Assembly (NCBI GenBank): GCA_965219455.1
Contig: OZ244744.1
Coordinates: 2,592,001-2,656,000 of the forward strand
Length of the DNA stretch: 64,000 bases
Reading direction: 5' to 3'
From: Candidatus Latescibacterota bacterium
GTDB taxonomy: Bacteria > Latescibacterota > UBA2968 > GCA-2709665
Part shown: positions 8,947 to 18,779 of the stretch, piece after piece
Layout of the letters: every line of letters begins with the position of its first letter
How positions within the stretch are numbered: the stretch's first letter is position 1
The notes under the pieces: model-generated
Told to the model about the DNA's origin: nothing
The model's database searches: none
What the model saw: only the letters and a program-made list of their open reading frames with translations
Position numbers and translations under genes: made by a program

Positions 8947-10493
8947 TCACTCGGTCCGCAGCGCGTCCACCGGATTCGCCCACGCCGCCCGGATGGCCTG
9001 GGCGCTAACGGTCAGCAGCACGGCCAGCAGCACCAATATCCCACCCAATACAAACGTGCCGATGCCATGTTCTATCCGATACGCGAAATCCCGCAACCAT
9101 CGATCCATCGCCCACCAGGCGACCGGCCACGCGATTACGTTGGCAACCCCTACCAGCAGCACGAACTCGCGCGACAGCAGATTCACCACGTCTGTGACAC
9201 TGGCGCCCGATATCTTGCGAATGCCGATCTCCTTCGTCCTCCGCGTTACGGCAAACGCTGTCAATCCAAACGCCCCCAGGCACGCAACAAAAACGGCAAG
9301 TAGCGTGCCGTACCCGATAATGCGATGGAGTCGCTCTTCGGTTCGGTATTGGCGATCGATGCTCTCATCAAGAAAGAAATATCGGAATCCGGGAGACTGT
9401 GTGGCGGCTTCCCATTGATCCTTCATATATGCCAGTGTACCGGGGATATCGTCGGGACGAACCCGAACCACCAGTCGGCTGAATGGATAATCCGGCTCGC
9501 ATTTCAGGAGTGCGGGACCGATCTTGTGATGGAGCGAACGAAAGTGAAAATCTTTCACCACCCCGATCACCGTCATTTCATCGAAAAATCTCAATGTCTT
9601 TCCAGTCGGTGACCCCGGCCCCAATTGCCTGGCCAGCGTTTCATTGATAATCACGGACGCAGCAACGTCTGTCCCAAGGTCCCGTGAAAAATTCCGCCCT
9701 TCGATCAATTCGACGTCAAGAGTTGGCACAAAGTCGTAATCAACAAAGAAGATCTCTACGCCCTTAAAGACTGTTCCCTCAAACGCCACACCACCGCGCG
9801 ACTGTTGCCTGTTGTCCATCAGGTGGAACATCCCGGTCACGCCGAGAATCGCGTGATGAGATAAGAGGGCGTTCCGATAGGCTTCAATGCCTTCGTTTTC
9901 CAGCTCTCGAAGCTTGCCTGCTTGCCGGACGGCAATCAGGTGTTCACTGTCAAAGCCAAGGGGTCTGGTCCGCAAATAGTCGTGCTGATAGGTCACGATC
10001 AGGGCACAAATGACCAGAGCCACGGACATCGCGATCTGGAAGACTCTGTAATAACGATGGCATCCTTGCGATCAAGCGCTGTTTCAGGGTTGCCCTTCAA
10101 CATCGGAAATGTAAAGACATCCCGGAAACCCGGATCGACATATGCAATTCGTTCCCGAAATGAACGGTCTTCGTATTTGAATGTGCGAGACGTGGTATGG
10201 ATTCTCACGACCCGCTGCATTTGAGTGGGAAATGCTTCCGCCAACGCCGGACCGAGAGGTCCCGGCATCGTCGCCGTGGCGACACTTCCTTCCCCCACTT
10301 CTCCCTTGATGTACACGCGATATATCCGATCCGCCTTTTCGTGAAACGCGTCAAAAGACCATTCGTGCCGCACATACAGAATCGTCAGAATGGAAAACGC
10401 GATTCCAATCGCAAGCCCGACGATATTTATAGCTGAATACACCTTAAATCGCACCAGATTCCGGTATGTTGCGATCAGATAATTCCAGAGCAT
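8947..10493 (-). pseudogene. Internally deleted, frameshifted ABC permease (P2)
   Basis: N-terminal part (MLWNYLIATYRNL...DAIVITES) joins out of frame to VFQIAMSVALV at ~10043; roughly 270 codons missing relative to P1; C-terminal ORF 8947-10029 is open. Confidence 0.88.
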
Positions 10494-10575
10494 CAATTTC
10501 CTCTCAGCGCAGCCCCCTGAGACCACACAGGATCGGAGGATGAGGATCGTCGGACTTCCCGGCGGTCTATCCTCT

Positions 10576-10692
10576 TGCGATTATCGTGCCATGAATTCAA
10601 CTTATTAAATAACAACTATATATGTAATCCTTGTCCAATAACACTGTCCGACAAGTGTTCGGTAATGATACACTATTGTCCGAAAACGGACA
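10576..10692 (-). promoter_or_regulatory. Sigma-54 promoter with tandem enhancer, upstream of permease P2
   Basis: Minus strand TGGCACG-ATAA-TCGCA (10591-10576); TGTTCGGTAATGATACA 10656-10672 and TGTCCGAAAACGGACA (perfect inverted arms) 10677-10692. Confidence 0.8.
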
Positions 10693-11025
10693 CTTTGCCA
10701 ATGACTCGGCTTTCCGCGTATTGTCGATTGCCAGCTTTGAACACCGATCGAACGGACCATCTTGCACCGCTTTTTACCCGTACAGCATGCTTATAAATCC
10801 CCACGTCCCGCGCTCTTTCAAAGTGAAGGATAGGGTATTTTTACGGCATTTGGCTTTCAGGCAGAAGGCCGAAATGCTGGCCATTCAGCGATACGCGAAC
10901 GGTCTGTGTGCATCAGGAGAAAATCCACGCCGCAAATTTTTCGATTTGGAATTGCAGGAATGCTCGAAATTTGCGATATTTAAGTGTGCAACCGTCTCAA
11001 ATCAGAGTACATAGAGGGATTAGAA

Positions 11026-11253
11026 ATGCAAAAAATCTCACTGACAGAAGCCGAATCCTGTCTCGCCGAATTGGTGAAGGAAGCTACGAATGGCGAAGAG
11101 GTCATTATTACCCAGACAGATGGCTCTGCCGTTAAACTCGTGCCACTTTCGCCACAAAAACCACTTCCACTATTCGGGAGCGCAAAGGGGCTCGTCAAGA
11201 TGTCGGATGACTTCGACGAACCCCTTGACGATTTCCAGGATTATTCTCCGTGA
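11026..11253 (+). CDS. vapB: Type II antitoxin, Phd/YefM N-terminus with DUF2281-like C-terminus
   Basis: MQKISLTEAE...GEEVIIT...FGSAKGLVKMSDDFDEPLDDF; overlaps the toxin start (GTGA). Confidence 0.85.
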   Translation: MQKISLTEAESCLAELVKEATNGEEVIITQTDGSAVKLVPLSPQKPLPLFGSAKGLVKMSDDFDEPLDDFQDYSP

Positions 11254-11645
11254 AGTTGCTCCTCGACACCCATACGTATCTTTGGTTCATCAACGGCGAT
11301 TCCAATCTCAGTTCAATTGCCAGACAATTAATCGAAAGTCCGGAAAACGAGCGCCTTTTGAGCATTGCAAGCTTGTGGGAAATGGCGATAAAGATCAGCA
11401 TTGGAAAGCTGAAACTTAACACCTCTTTTTCGGATTTGGTTGAAAGACAGATCGCGGGAAATGCGATTGAACTTCTACATATTGATCCTCTGCATCTCGA
11501 TGTCGTCAAAACGCTTTCTTTTTTTCATCAGGACCCCTTCGATCGGCTGATAATCGCTCAGAGTATTGCAGAAAACGTCCCAATCATAAGTCGAGATGCA
11601 ACGTTTGACTTGTATCCAATTGAGCGAAAGTGGACGACTATATAG
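11250..11645 (+). CDS. vapC: PIN-domain toxin VapC
   Basis: LLLDTH, SIASLWEMAIK, HQDPFDRLIIAQ, IISRD motifs. Confidence 0.93.
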   Translation: MKLLLDTHTYLWFINGDSNLSSIARQLIESPENERLLSIASLWEMAIKISIGKLKLNTSFSDLVERQIAGNAIELLHIDPLHLDVVKTLSFFHQDPFDRLIIAQSIAENVPIISRDATFDLYPIERKWTTI

Positions 11646-11925
11646 CCACTGCACAAAGCGTTTTTTCTTCTATTTCTCTCTGGTCTTTCAGGTCCCGCCG
11701 TTTTCGTCTACCGTCTCGCGCCTCACCGCCTCTTGGCCTTTCCTCTCCCGTCTACCTTCTCCCGTCTCCCCGGCTCTTGCCTTTCCCTTTGTGTCTCTGT
11801 GTCTCCGTGTGAGTCGGGGTTTTCTTCCGTCTCACCGTGAGGTCATTAATTCCTGGAACAAATCTACACGGAAAACGATCAAATCTATTAAACCAATATT
11901 CTTACTCCAAAAGGGGGTGGTGACC

Positions 11926-12000
11926 GTGCCACAGATCAAACGGCGAAGACGCCGCCCGAGGCTCATATTCGTCAAAGGTCAAAGGCGACTAAAGGGATAA
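11926..12000 (+). CDS. Putative 24-aa Arg/Lys-rich small protein MPQIKRRRRRPRLIFVKGQRRLKG
   Basis: SD-like GGGGGTG 6 nt before GTG; terminator follows 11 nt after the stop. Confidence 0.5.
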   Translation: MPQIKRRRRRPRLIFVKGQRRLKG

Positions 12001-12011
12001 ATTAGCGCAAT

Positions 12012-12050
12012 GAACCACCGGACTCGGAAATAGGCCGGTGGTTCTGTTTT
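12012..12050 (+). terminator. Intrinsic terminator
   Basis: GAACCACCGG/CCGGTGGTTC 10-bp stem followed by TGTTTT. Confidence 0.7.
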
Positions 12051-12465
12051 CCCAATCAAGCCTCTGCCTTCTCCCCGCCCTTCAGCCCTATCCTCTTCCC
12101 TCTACCGTCTCACGTCTCCCCTCCTTTTGCCTTTCCCTTTGTGTCTCTGTGTCTCCGTGTGAGTCGAAGTTTTCTCCCGCCTCCCCGCCTTAGCTGGCCG
12201 CCAAATATTCGCAGCGCGCATGTATCTATAACCCGCGAACTAACAGTTCGCGCTACGGTCGGACACTAAATTGCGGGGACGCTGGACGGTTTGGCGGCTG
12301 GGCGTGGCCTTCTTCCTTCTTCCCGCTCTTCGCCTTTCCCTTTGTGTCTCTGTGTCTCCGTGTGAGTCGAAGTTTTCTCCCGCCTCCCCGCCTTCAGCCC
12401 TTTCCTCTTCCTTCTACCTTCTTCCTTCTTCCTTTTTTTCGCCTTTCCCTCTACCCTCTCCCGTC

Positions 12466-13626
12466 TCACCGCTTTTCAGGTATTTTCAATACCAGCGCGA
12501 CCCCGACCAACATCAGAACGGCGCTGACTTCGAAAGCCCGCCGCAGGCCATACGCGTCGCCCATCATGCCGAGCAGCAACATCGCCACACCCCGAAGCGC
12601 GAAACCCCCGCCCATATAGATCCCGTTGGCGAACGCCCGGTTTTCGGGGCAGCTTTCCTGAACCATCGCCATGACCACGGGGCCGGTCGCGAGCGCGACA
12701 AAGCCCAGGACGACCAGGACCGGAAACAGGACCCAGCCCGTACTGTCGAGGAAGACGAATAGTAGAATGGGGGTCGCAATCATGGAGAAGCCAAGCACCT
12801 GCTTGCGCCCCATCCGGTCGCTCGCCCATCCGCCGATGAGGGCACCCGCGATACCCGCGCCTTCCAGCACCGAAAGCGACGCGCCGGCAAGCCACAGGCT
12901 GACGCCCTCTTCGCTCAGGAATGTCGGCAGGAATGCAGTGAGCGAAGCCATCGTAAACGCACGAACAAACACGATGCCGGACAGCGGTACCATAACCGGG
13001 GCCATGCGTTTCAGCGCGGATCGCCACGGTAGCGCTTTGTAGAATGAAAACGACTGCGCCGCAACGGACCGCATGCGCAACAACAGGACGAGCGACGCCA
13101 CAAGGCCGACGGGGATCAGATAGGCTGTACCGGCGATCCCCCACAGGCCGATGACGCTCACGATCAGAATCGGCCCCATCGTGCGACCGAGCTCACCACA
13201 TAACATCCAAATTCCCATGCCGCGACCCAGATTCGGGCCCGAGAGCGTTCCGGCCATCGCCGGTCCAACCGCGTGAAAGGCCGCCGAACTGAAGCCGACG
13301 ATTACCAGGAGGGCTACGAGAGTCGCGTACCCACCGGCCACGCCGAGCAGACTCATCGCGATGCCCGTAACCGCAGGTCCGAGAATGACGAGGGCGCGCA
13401 GATTCGAGCGGTCCGCGCGAAGTCCGACAATCGGCTGAAACACGGACGGCGCCTGTCTGACCACCATCAGCATGCCGGCCTCGGTCTTGGTCAGGGACAG
13501 GGACTGGATAAAAACCGGCAACAGCGGCGCCAGGAATCCGCTGTACGTATCGTGCACGGCGTGCCCGCCCGATATCATCATCACGTCGGTTGTCTGGAAT
13601 CGTTCTTCCTGGCGTTTCCGGGACAT
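12466..13626 (-). CDS. MFS transporter, Fsr (fosmidomycin resistance)-like
   Basis: HAVHDTYSGFLAPLLP, QPIVGLRADR, SAAFH, GWASDRMGRK; about 12 TM segments. Confidence 0.88.
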   Translation of the reverse strand: MSRKRQEERFQTTDVMMISGGHAVHDTYSGFLAPLLPVFIQSLSLTKTEAGMLMVVRQAPSVFQPIVGLRADRSNLRALVILGPAVTGIAMSLLGVAGGYATLVALLVIVGFSSAAFHAVGPAMAGTLSGPNLGRGMGIWMLCGELGRTMGPILIVSVIGLWGIAGTAYLIPVGLVASLVLLLRMRSVAAQSFSFYKALPWRSALKRMAPVMVPLSGIVFVRAFTMASLTAFLPTFLSEEGVSLWLAGASLSVLEGAGIAGALIGGWASDRMGRKQVLGFSMIATPILLFVFLDSTGWVLFPVLVVLGFVALATGPVVMAMVQESCPENRAFANGIYMGGGFALRGVAMLLLGMMGDAYGLRRAFEVSAVLMLVGVALVLKIPEKR

Positions 13627-13643
13627 GGGTTGCCCGCAAATGA

Positions 13644-13667
13644 AAAGCGGTCCTGACTGACCGCTTT
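13644..13667 (-). terminator. Intrinsic terminator-like hairpin (possibly bidirectional)
   Basis: AAAGCGGTC/GACCGCTTT stem with T runs on both strands. Confidence 0.55.
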
Positions 13668-13749
13668 CTTAATCTCCATTCGATGGTCGGATTCGGATTG
13701 CACCAAGATAACGCGCGCCGGCCGTTCAGGGAATGAGAAATATTCTGCG

Positions 13750-13828
13750 CAGGCTGTCATGCCGAGGACGCGGGTATGAAGGTGGGGTAGACATTCCTGT
13801 CTGCCCGCTTCTACTCATAACGCAGCAC
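13750..13828 (-). pseudogene. Permease 3' end remnant (VLRYE*) with its downstream REP
   Basis: ctactcataacgcagcac 13811-13828 next to ggtggggtagacattcctgtctgcc, the same junction found after P3, P6, P7 and P8. Confidence 0.7.
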
Positions 13829-13946
13829 CGCGATGCAGTCCTATTTCCACAACGGTTGTCCAACGTCGATACGGTTTCCGCCCACGTCAGCAAAGATGAA
13901 GTCTCTTAACGATCCGTTGATAAAGTCGCTCTGCAGGCGCATCGAT

Positions 13947-15320
13947 TTAGACGCGTACCCAGTACAGGTGGTTGTCGATGGTCTCGCCCTCGTCCGCGTA
14001 TCGAGAATCGCCCAGCGTGTAGATGAATGACGGACGGGCGCCTGGCGGGATAGGATTGGCGCCGTTTGGGCGTTCCAGGGAAGACATAACCTGACCTTGT
14101 TCAGGGTCGAATGCGAGTACCTCACGCGGCGTGAACGTCTCCCCGTAATCGGACGATTCGAGCCAGACGACGCGTGAGAGTTCATCATGCTCGCGCAGCC
14201 AGAAGGAGGGCAGGCCATGGATGCCCGGGGCCCAGTTCGCGTCCGGATGCCCCAGGGCAACGAGCTGGGCGAGAACGCAAAGGACGTCATCGGACGTCAT
14301 TACCGGCTTGAAGGCGAGTATCCCCCAACCGGGCCAGTGCGACGCCACGGCCTCACTCAACGGCAGTCCACGCCACCTCCCTGCATCGGACGTCTTCAAG
14401 AAGGCGCGACAGGGCGTGGGTGTATGGCGAACGTAGCCGACGTAGGGTCGGCCCTTCGAATCGACGGCCAGGCCGCAGTGCTCGATGCCGGGCTTGGGGT
14501 TGTTGCTCTCACCCTCCTCCAGCAGGTCAAGCGTGTCCGGCGTCGCCGGAAGCGGAACCGGCGTCCCGTCGTCTTTCCGCCAGGTGCGGCCGAAGTCGAA
14601 GGAGCGCATGTAGCCCACGGCCTGGTACAGACCGGATACGTCACGTGAGTGCTCCCCCGCATTCGGCTTGCGACCCAGGAAAAAGGCCATGCTCATGTGC
14701 ATTGTCTTCCGGCCCGGGCCCCAGGCCACGTCGTTGTTCATGCCGGTGTACCCGGTGAAACGCCGCTGCCGGGTCACGACCAGGCCACGGCTTTGCCACG
14801 GACCGGTAGGTGGTCTTTCCCACATCTCCATGCCGTTGTGGCTGCCGTCCCGGGCCATGAGGTGAAGCGTGTCGTCGGGGCCGCACAGGAGCACGGGATA
14901 GGTGTTTCGGCCAAAGGCTTCGACGGAGGTCCAGGCCGACGCATCGTGCGGCCGCAGCGATCGCTGGTACTGCAGAGGCGAGTTGTGTCCGCCCATGACC
15001 ATGTGCAGGTAGCCCTGGCTATCGATCGCAAGGGTGGGACGAGAATGCTCGTCGACGCCCTCGGCCAGGAGTGCGCCGGCGGTCCACCTGCCCGTTTCGT
15101 GATCGAGCGTGCGTACCCGAGCGAAGTACCTCTGATTGTACGAGTCCTGCCAGGCAACGTGGGTTCTACCGCGGCAGACAACAATCTTGTTCCCCGGCCC
15201 CTGGCTTGCGCGTTCGCCAGCGATCACGGACAGCAAGGCGTCGCCGCGGTTTCGATTGGCAGCGGCGAACGGGTCGCCCACGTTGCAGGTCTTGATACGT
15301 TCAGACAATTCAGTCTCCAT
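13947..15320 (-). CDS. BNR-4 repeat / beta-propeller (sialidase-like fold) protein
   Basis: DEHSRPTLAIDSQGYLHMVMGGHN, TYP, Asp-boxes SFDFGRTW and SSDYGETF; RBS GGAGGAG before ATG 15320. Confidence 0.8.
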   Translation of the reverse strand: METELSERIKTCNVGDPFAAANRNRGDALLSVIAGERASQGPGNKIVVCRGRTHVAWQDSYNQRYFARVRTLDHETGRWTAGALLAEGVDEHSRPTLAIDSQGYLHMVMGGHNSPLQYQRSLRPHDASAWTSVEAFGRNTYPVLLCGPDDTLHLMARDGSHNGMEMWERPPTGPWQSRGLVVTRQRRFTGYTGMNNDVAWGPGRKTMHMSMAFFLGRKPNAGEHSRDVSGLYQAVGYMRSFDFGRTWRKDDGTPVPLPATPDTLDLLEEGESNNPKPGIEHCGLAVDSKGRPYVGYVRHTPTPCRAFLKTSDAGRWRGLPLSEAVASHWPGWGILAFKPVMTSDDVLCVLAQLVALGHPDANWAPGIHGLPSFWLREHDELSRVVWLESSDYGETFTPREVLAFDPEQGQVMSSLERPNGANPIPPGARPSFIYTLGDSRYADEGETIDNHLYWVRV

Positions 15321-15403
15321 TTGCTCTCCTCCCTCGCTATTCATCGAGCGCCAGATGCTGTTTACGCGGCAAGAGTCAGGGATATCCGAAGCACAACAGA
15401 AGC

Positions 15404-15550
15404 CGCGGGAGATTCTTCGGAGAATGACATGACTTTCAATAGGCATCGTCGAAATGTATCCGTCACTCGCCGGCTCTGGCTGTCATGCTGAGGAAGCGGG
15501 TTTGAGGAAGTGTGTGTGAAGGTGGGGCAGACATTCCTGTCTGCCAGCCG
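15404..15550. repeat. Composite REP-like cluster
   Basis: gagattcttcg..agaatgac, tgtcatgctgag, gtggggcagacattcctgtctgcc. Confidence 0.85.
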
Positions 15551-17914
15551 TTACTCATACCGCAACGCGTCCACGGGATTCCCCCGGGCTGCCCGGGTAA
15601 CCTGCAGGCTCACCGCCAAGAGCACAACGAGAAGCGTGAGCGACCCGCCAAGGAGAAACGTCCCTATCCCCGGATCCACGCGATAAGGGAAATTCTGAAG
15701 CCAGCGATCCGCCGCGACGTAGGTCACGGGCCACGCAACCAAGCAGGCTATACCAACGAGGACCACATATTCACGGGTCAGCAAGGAGATGATACCGATT
15801 GTTGGCGCCCCCAGGACTTTCCGAATCCCTATTTCCTTCGTCCGCCTGGCAACGGTGAGCGACGTCAGCCCGAAAGCGCCAAGGCAGGCGATGAATACCG
15901 CGAAGAAAGTCCCGTAGCCCGCGATTTTGAACCACCGCCGTTCCTCCCGGTATTGACGGTCAATGTCGTCCTCGAGAAAGGAAGAGTAAAACACTTCGTC
16001 GGGCGCCATTTCCTCCCACTTCTCTTTCAAGAAACGAACGGTGCCCGCCCTGTCGTCCGGTCGGATGCGAACCATCAGCATTCTTGTACGACGAGATCTG
16101 GGATTGAGGCTCATCACAGCAGGCTTTACGGAACGATGAACTGAATGAAAGTGAAAATTGCGAACCACGCCGATCACGGTATATTTCCGGCTACCGCTGC
16201 CTAACTGTAGTGTCTTTCCCAGAGGCGCTTGCCATCCCAGCTTTTCAACCAGAGCTTCGTTAACGAGTACGGATGTTTTGGCGTCGCCGTCTCTCTCGAA
16301 TCCTCGACCCGATCTCAGCCGCACACCCAGCGTTTCCAGCAAGCCCAGATCACCGTCAAGGATCTCGACGTCTTTCATGATCGTGCCGTTTGATCTTACA
16401 TCTGCAAAGCTCTGGACCCTGTTGCTAAAGGCGTGCCCTGTTCTTGTGGTCTTCAACACGGCATGGTAGGACCGGGCTGCCTCCTGATAGGCTCCGGCGA
16501 CACCCTTATCATCCAGTTTATCCATTTTATGGACTATTAAAACATCCTTCGGACTAAAACCTAACGGTTTTGTCGTCATCAGATTCAATTGCCGGCCGAC
16601 GACAGTCGTGCACCCAACCAATAAAATCGAGATGGCAACCTGGAATACCACAAGCACCCGTCTAATGCGGCCCAATCGTTCCAATCTCATCTGCCCTTTA
16701 AGCGCTTCAGCCGGCAGAAATCTTGACGCAATAAGCGCGGGATAACTGCCCGAAACAATGCCTACCACCAACAACAGGATAACCAGAAAAACCGGTGCGG
16801 TGGAATCCACCAGATCGGAAATTGAAAACTCCATTCGGGTCAGACTGTTGAAGCCCGGCATGAACAGTTCGGCCAGCGCCAGGCCAAGCCCAAGCGCGAT
16901 CAATGTCAGCAGTACCGATTCTGTCAGAAACTGCGTTGCCAATTGGGTTCGCAGACCACCGGCCACTTTGCGCAAACCAACTTCGCGGGCACGGGAGAAT
17001 GACCTGCCTACCGAGAGGTTTGTATAATTGACCGAGGCTACAACCAGCACAAGCATTGCAATGCACGCCAGGATGTATGAATACACGGGATTGCCTGCAG
17101 GTTGTAATCCGACGCCCATGGAATCGAAGTGAATGTCGCTAAGCGGCTGCAGTTTCAATTTCTCCCATATTGGGCTTTTGGGCCACGTCGACACAAGATC
17201 TTTCAACCGCCGCTCGACTTCGGAGGGGCTCACGTAGTCTGGCAGCAATATGTAGGTTCCAAATAATCTGTGTTTCCACCGTATAGGTTCATTTAGGCCC
17301 GCAACAACAAGCCTGGTAAGAAATCCGAATCGAATACTCGAGTTCTTGGGTATTGTCTCAACTATTCCGGTAACCGTTAGATCCCGGACCCACCAATCCC
17401 TGCCATCGCTAACCTGGATTGATAGCGTCTTGCCCATCGGGTCTTCACCCTGAAAATACTTTTCGGCGATCTTCTCGGTAATAACGACATTCTGCGGATC
17501 CATAAGTGCCGTTGCCAGGTCCCCTTTCAGAAGCGGAAAGGAGAACATTTCGAATATGTCGGAATCTGCAACGCATATCGTTTCCGCTATCTTCGTACCT
17601 CGGTGTTGAATGAAGTGGTATTTCCAATCAAAATCAATTCGCACGATGCGAACATCCGGATGCGCCTCCGCCAATGCCGGCGCCAGTTCAGCCGGAGCGC
17701 CGCCAATACTTCGTCCTCGATCATTAACAGCGTAGACCCTGTAAATGCGATCGGCGTTTTCGTGGAACGCATCGTAGGTCCACTCGTGCCGAACATACAG
17801 GAACGCCAGCAGACAAAATGAAATTGCGATGCCCAAGCCCACCACGTTGATCGCGGCATAAAGCCAGTGCCGCAGCAGATTCCGCCAGGCTACCTTGAGA
17901 TAATTCCAGAACAT
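15551..17914 (-). CDS. ABC transporter permease, duplicated MacB/FtsX type (P3)
   Basis: Same architecture as P1; 787 aa; NPVDALRYE end. Confidence 0.95.
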   Translation of the reverse strand: MFWNYLKVAWRNLLRHWLYAAINVVGLGIAISFCLLAFLYVRHEWTYDAFHENADRIYRVYAVNDRGRSIGGAPAELAPALAEAHPDVRIVRIDFDWKYHFIQHRGTKIAETICVADSDIFEMFSFPLLKGDLATALMDPQNVVITEKIAEKYFQGEDPMGKTLSIQVSDGRDWWVRDLTVTGIVETIPKNSSIRFGFLTRLVVAGLNEPIRWKHRLFGTYILLPDYVSPSEVERRLKDLVSTWPKSPIWEKLKLQPLSDIHFDSMGVGLQPAGNPVYSYILACIAMLVLVVASVNYTNLSVGRSFSRAREVGLRKVAGGLRTQLATQFLTESVLLTLIALGLGLALAELFMPGFNSLTRMEFSISDLVDSTAPVFLVILLLVVGIVSGSYPALIASRFLPAEALKGQMRLERLGRIRRVLVVFQVAISILLVGCTTVVGRQLNLMTTKPLGFSPKDVLIVHKMDKLDDKGVAGAYQEAARSYHAVLKTTRTGHAFSNRVQSFADVRSNGTIMKDVEILDGDLGLLETLGVRLRSGRGFERDGDAKTSVLVNEALVEKLGWQAPLGKTLQLGSGSRKYTVIGVVRNFHFHSVHRSVKPAVMSLNPRSRRTRMLMVRIRPDDRAGTVRFLKEKWEEMAPDEVFYSSFLEDDIDRQYREERRWFKIAGYGTFFAVFIACLGAFGLTSLTVARRTKEIGIRKVLGAPTIGIISLLTREYVVLVGIACLVAWPVTYVAADRWLQNFPYRVDPGIGTFLLGGSLTLLVVLLAVSLQVTRAARGNPVDALRYE

Positions 17915-17944
17915 CGACCGACTCCTCGCGGATTGGATTCATAG

Positions 17945-18760
17945 ATGATGTGTCCGCGCATATGATTTTGCCCGGGTGTCGGACGTATGGACAGTCCAGA
18001 AGACGGGAGATTCTTCGCTGCGCTCAGAATGACATGCTTTGCAATAACCATTGGCGAAACGTCTCCGTCACCCGCTCGGCCTGTGCCGCTCCCTGAGCTT
18101 GTCGAAGGGTCGGCACAGGGCTTTCAATGAGTCCCGAAGCGCGCGCATTTCGACAAGCTCAATGACCACGCTTCGGTGTGCGATATTCGACTCCGCTCAG
18201 AATGACCTGACTTTCAATGGCCATCGTCGAAATGTATCCGTCACTCGCCGGCTCTGGCTGTGATGCTGAGGAAGCCGTCGAGCCGACGAAGCGTCCGCGC
18301 AAATGGGCTGGTGAAGGGCTTCCGCTGCACGTCCAATTGAGTAGACGGGAGATTCTTCGCTGCGCTCAGAATGACATGCTTTGCAATAACCATTGGCGAA
18401 ACGTCTCCGTCACCCGCTCGGCCTGTGCCGCTCCCTGAGCTTGTCGAAGGGTCGGCACAGGGCTTTCAATGAGTCCCGAAGCGCGCGCATTTCGACAAGC
18501 TCAATGACCACGCTTCGGTGTGCGATATTCGACTCCGCTCAGAATGACATGCTTTGCAATAGCCATCGTCGAAATGCGCCCGTCACTCGTCGGCGCTGGC
18601 CGTCATGCTGAGGACGTCGTCAGGCAAACCAAGCGCCTGCCTGCGGCAGGCAGATCCGCGCAAATGGGCTGGTGAAGGGCTTCCGCTGCACGTCCAATTG
18701 AGTAGACGGGAGATTCTTCGCTGCGCTCAGAATGACAGGTTGGCCACTTTTCAGTCCTGA
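17945..18760. repeat. Composite REP-like cluster with an internal 342-bp tandem duplication
   Basis: ~18000-18205 repeated at ~18342-18547; gagattcttcgctgcgctcagaatgac x3; ccctgagcttgtcgaaggg and ttcgacaagctca. Confidence 0.9.
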
Positions 18761-18779
18761 ATGGTGAACCGGGTTCGCG

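Larger units (their letters stand above)
11690..12465. repeat. Three copies of ttccctttgtgtctctgtgtctccgtgtgagtcg with pyrimidine-rich heptamer runs and one GTAG-type REP
   Basis: Copies at ~11783, 12133 and 12336; palindrome cgcgaactaacagttcgcgctac at ~12234-12256. Confidence 0.8.

Noticed and set aside
13841-13946. Possible gene remnant (…DFIFADVGGNRIDVGQPLWK*)
   Set aside because: Too short to assign from sequence alone
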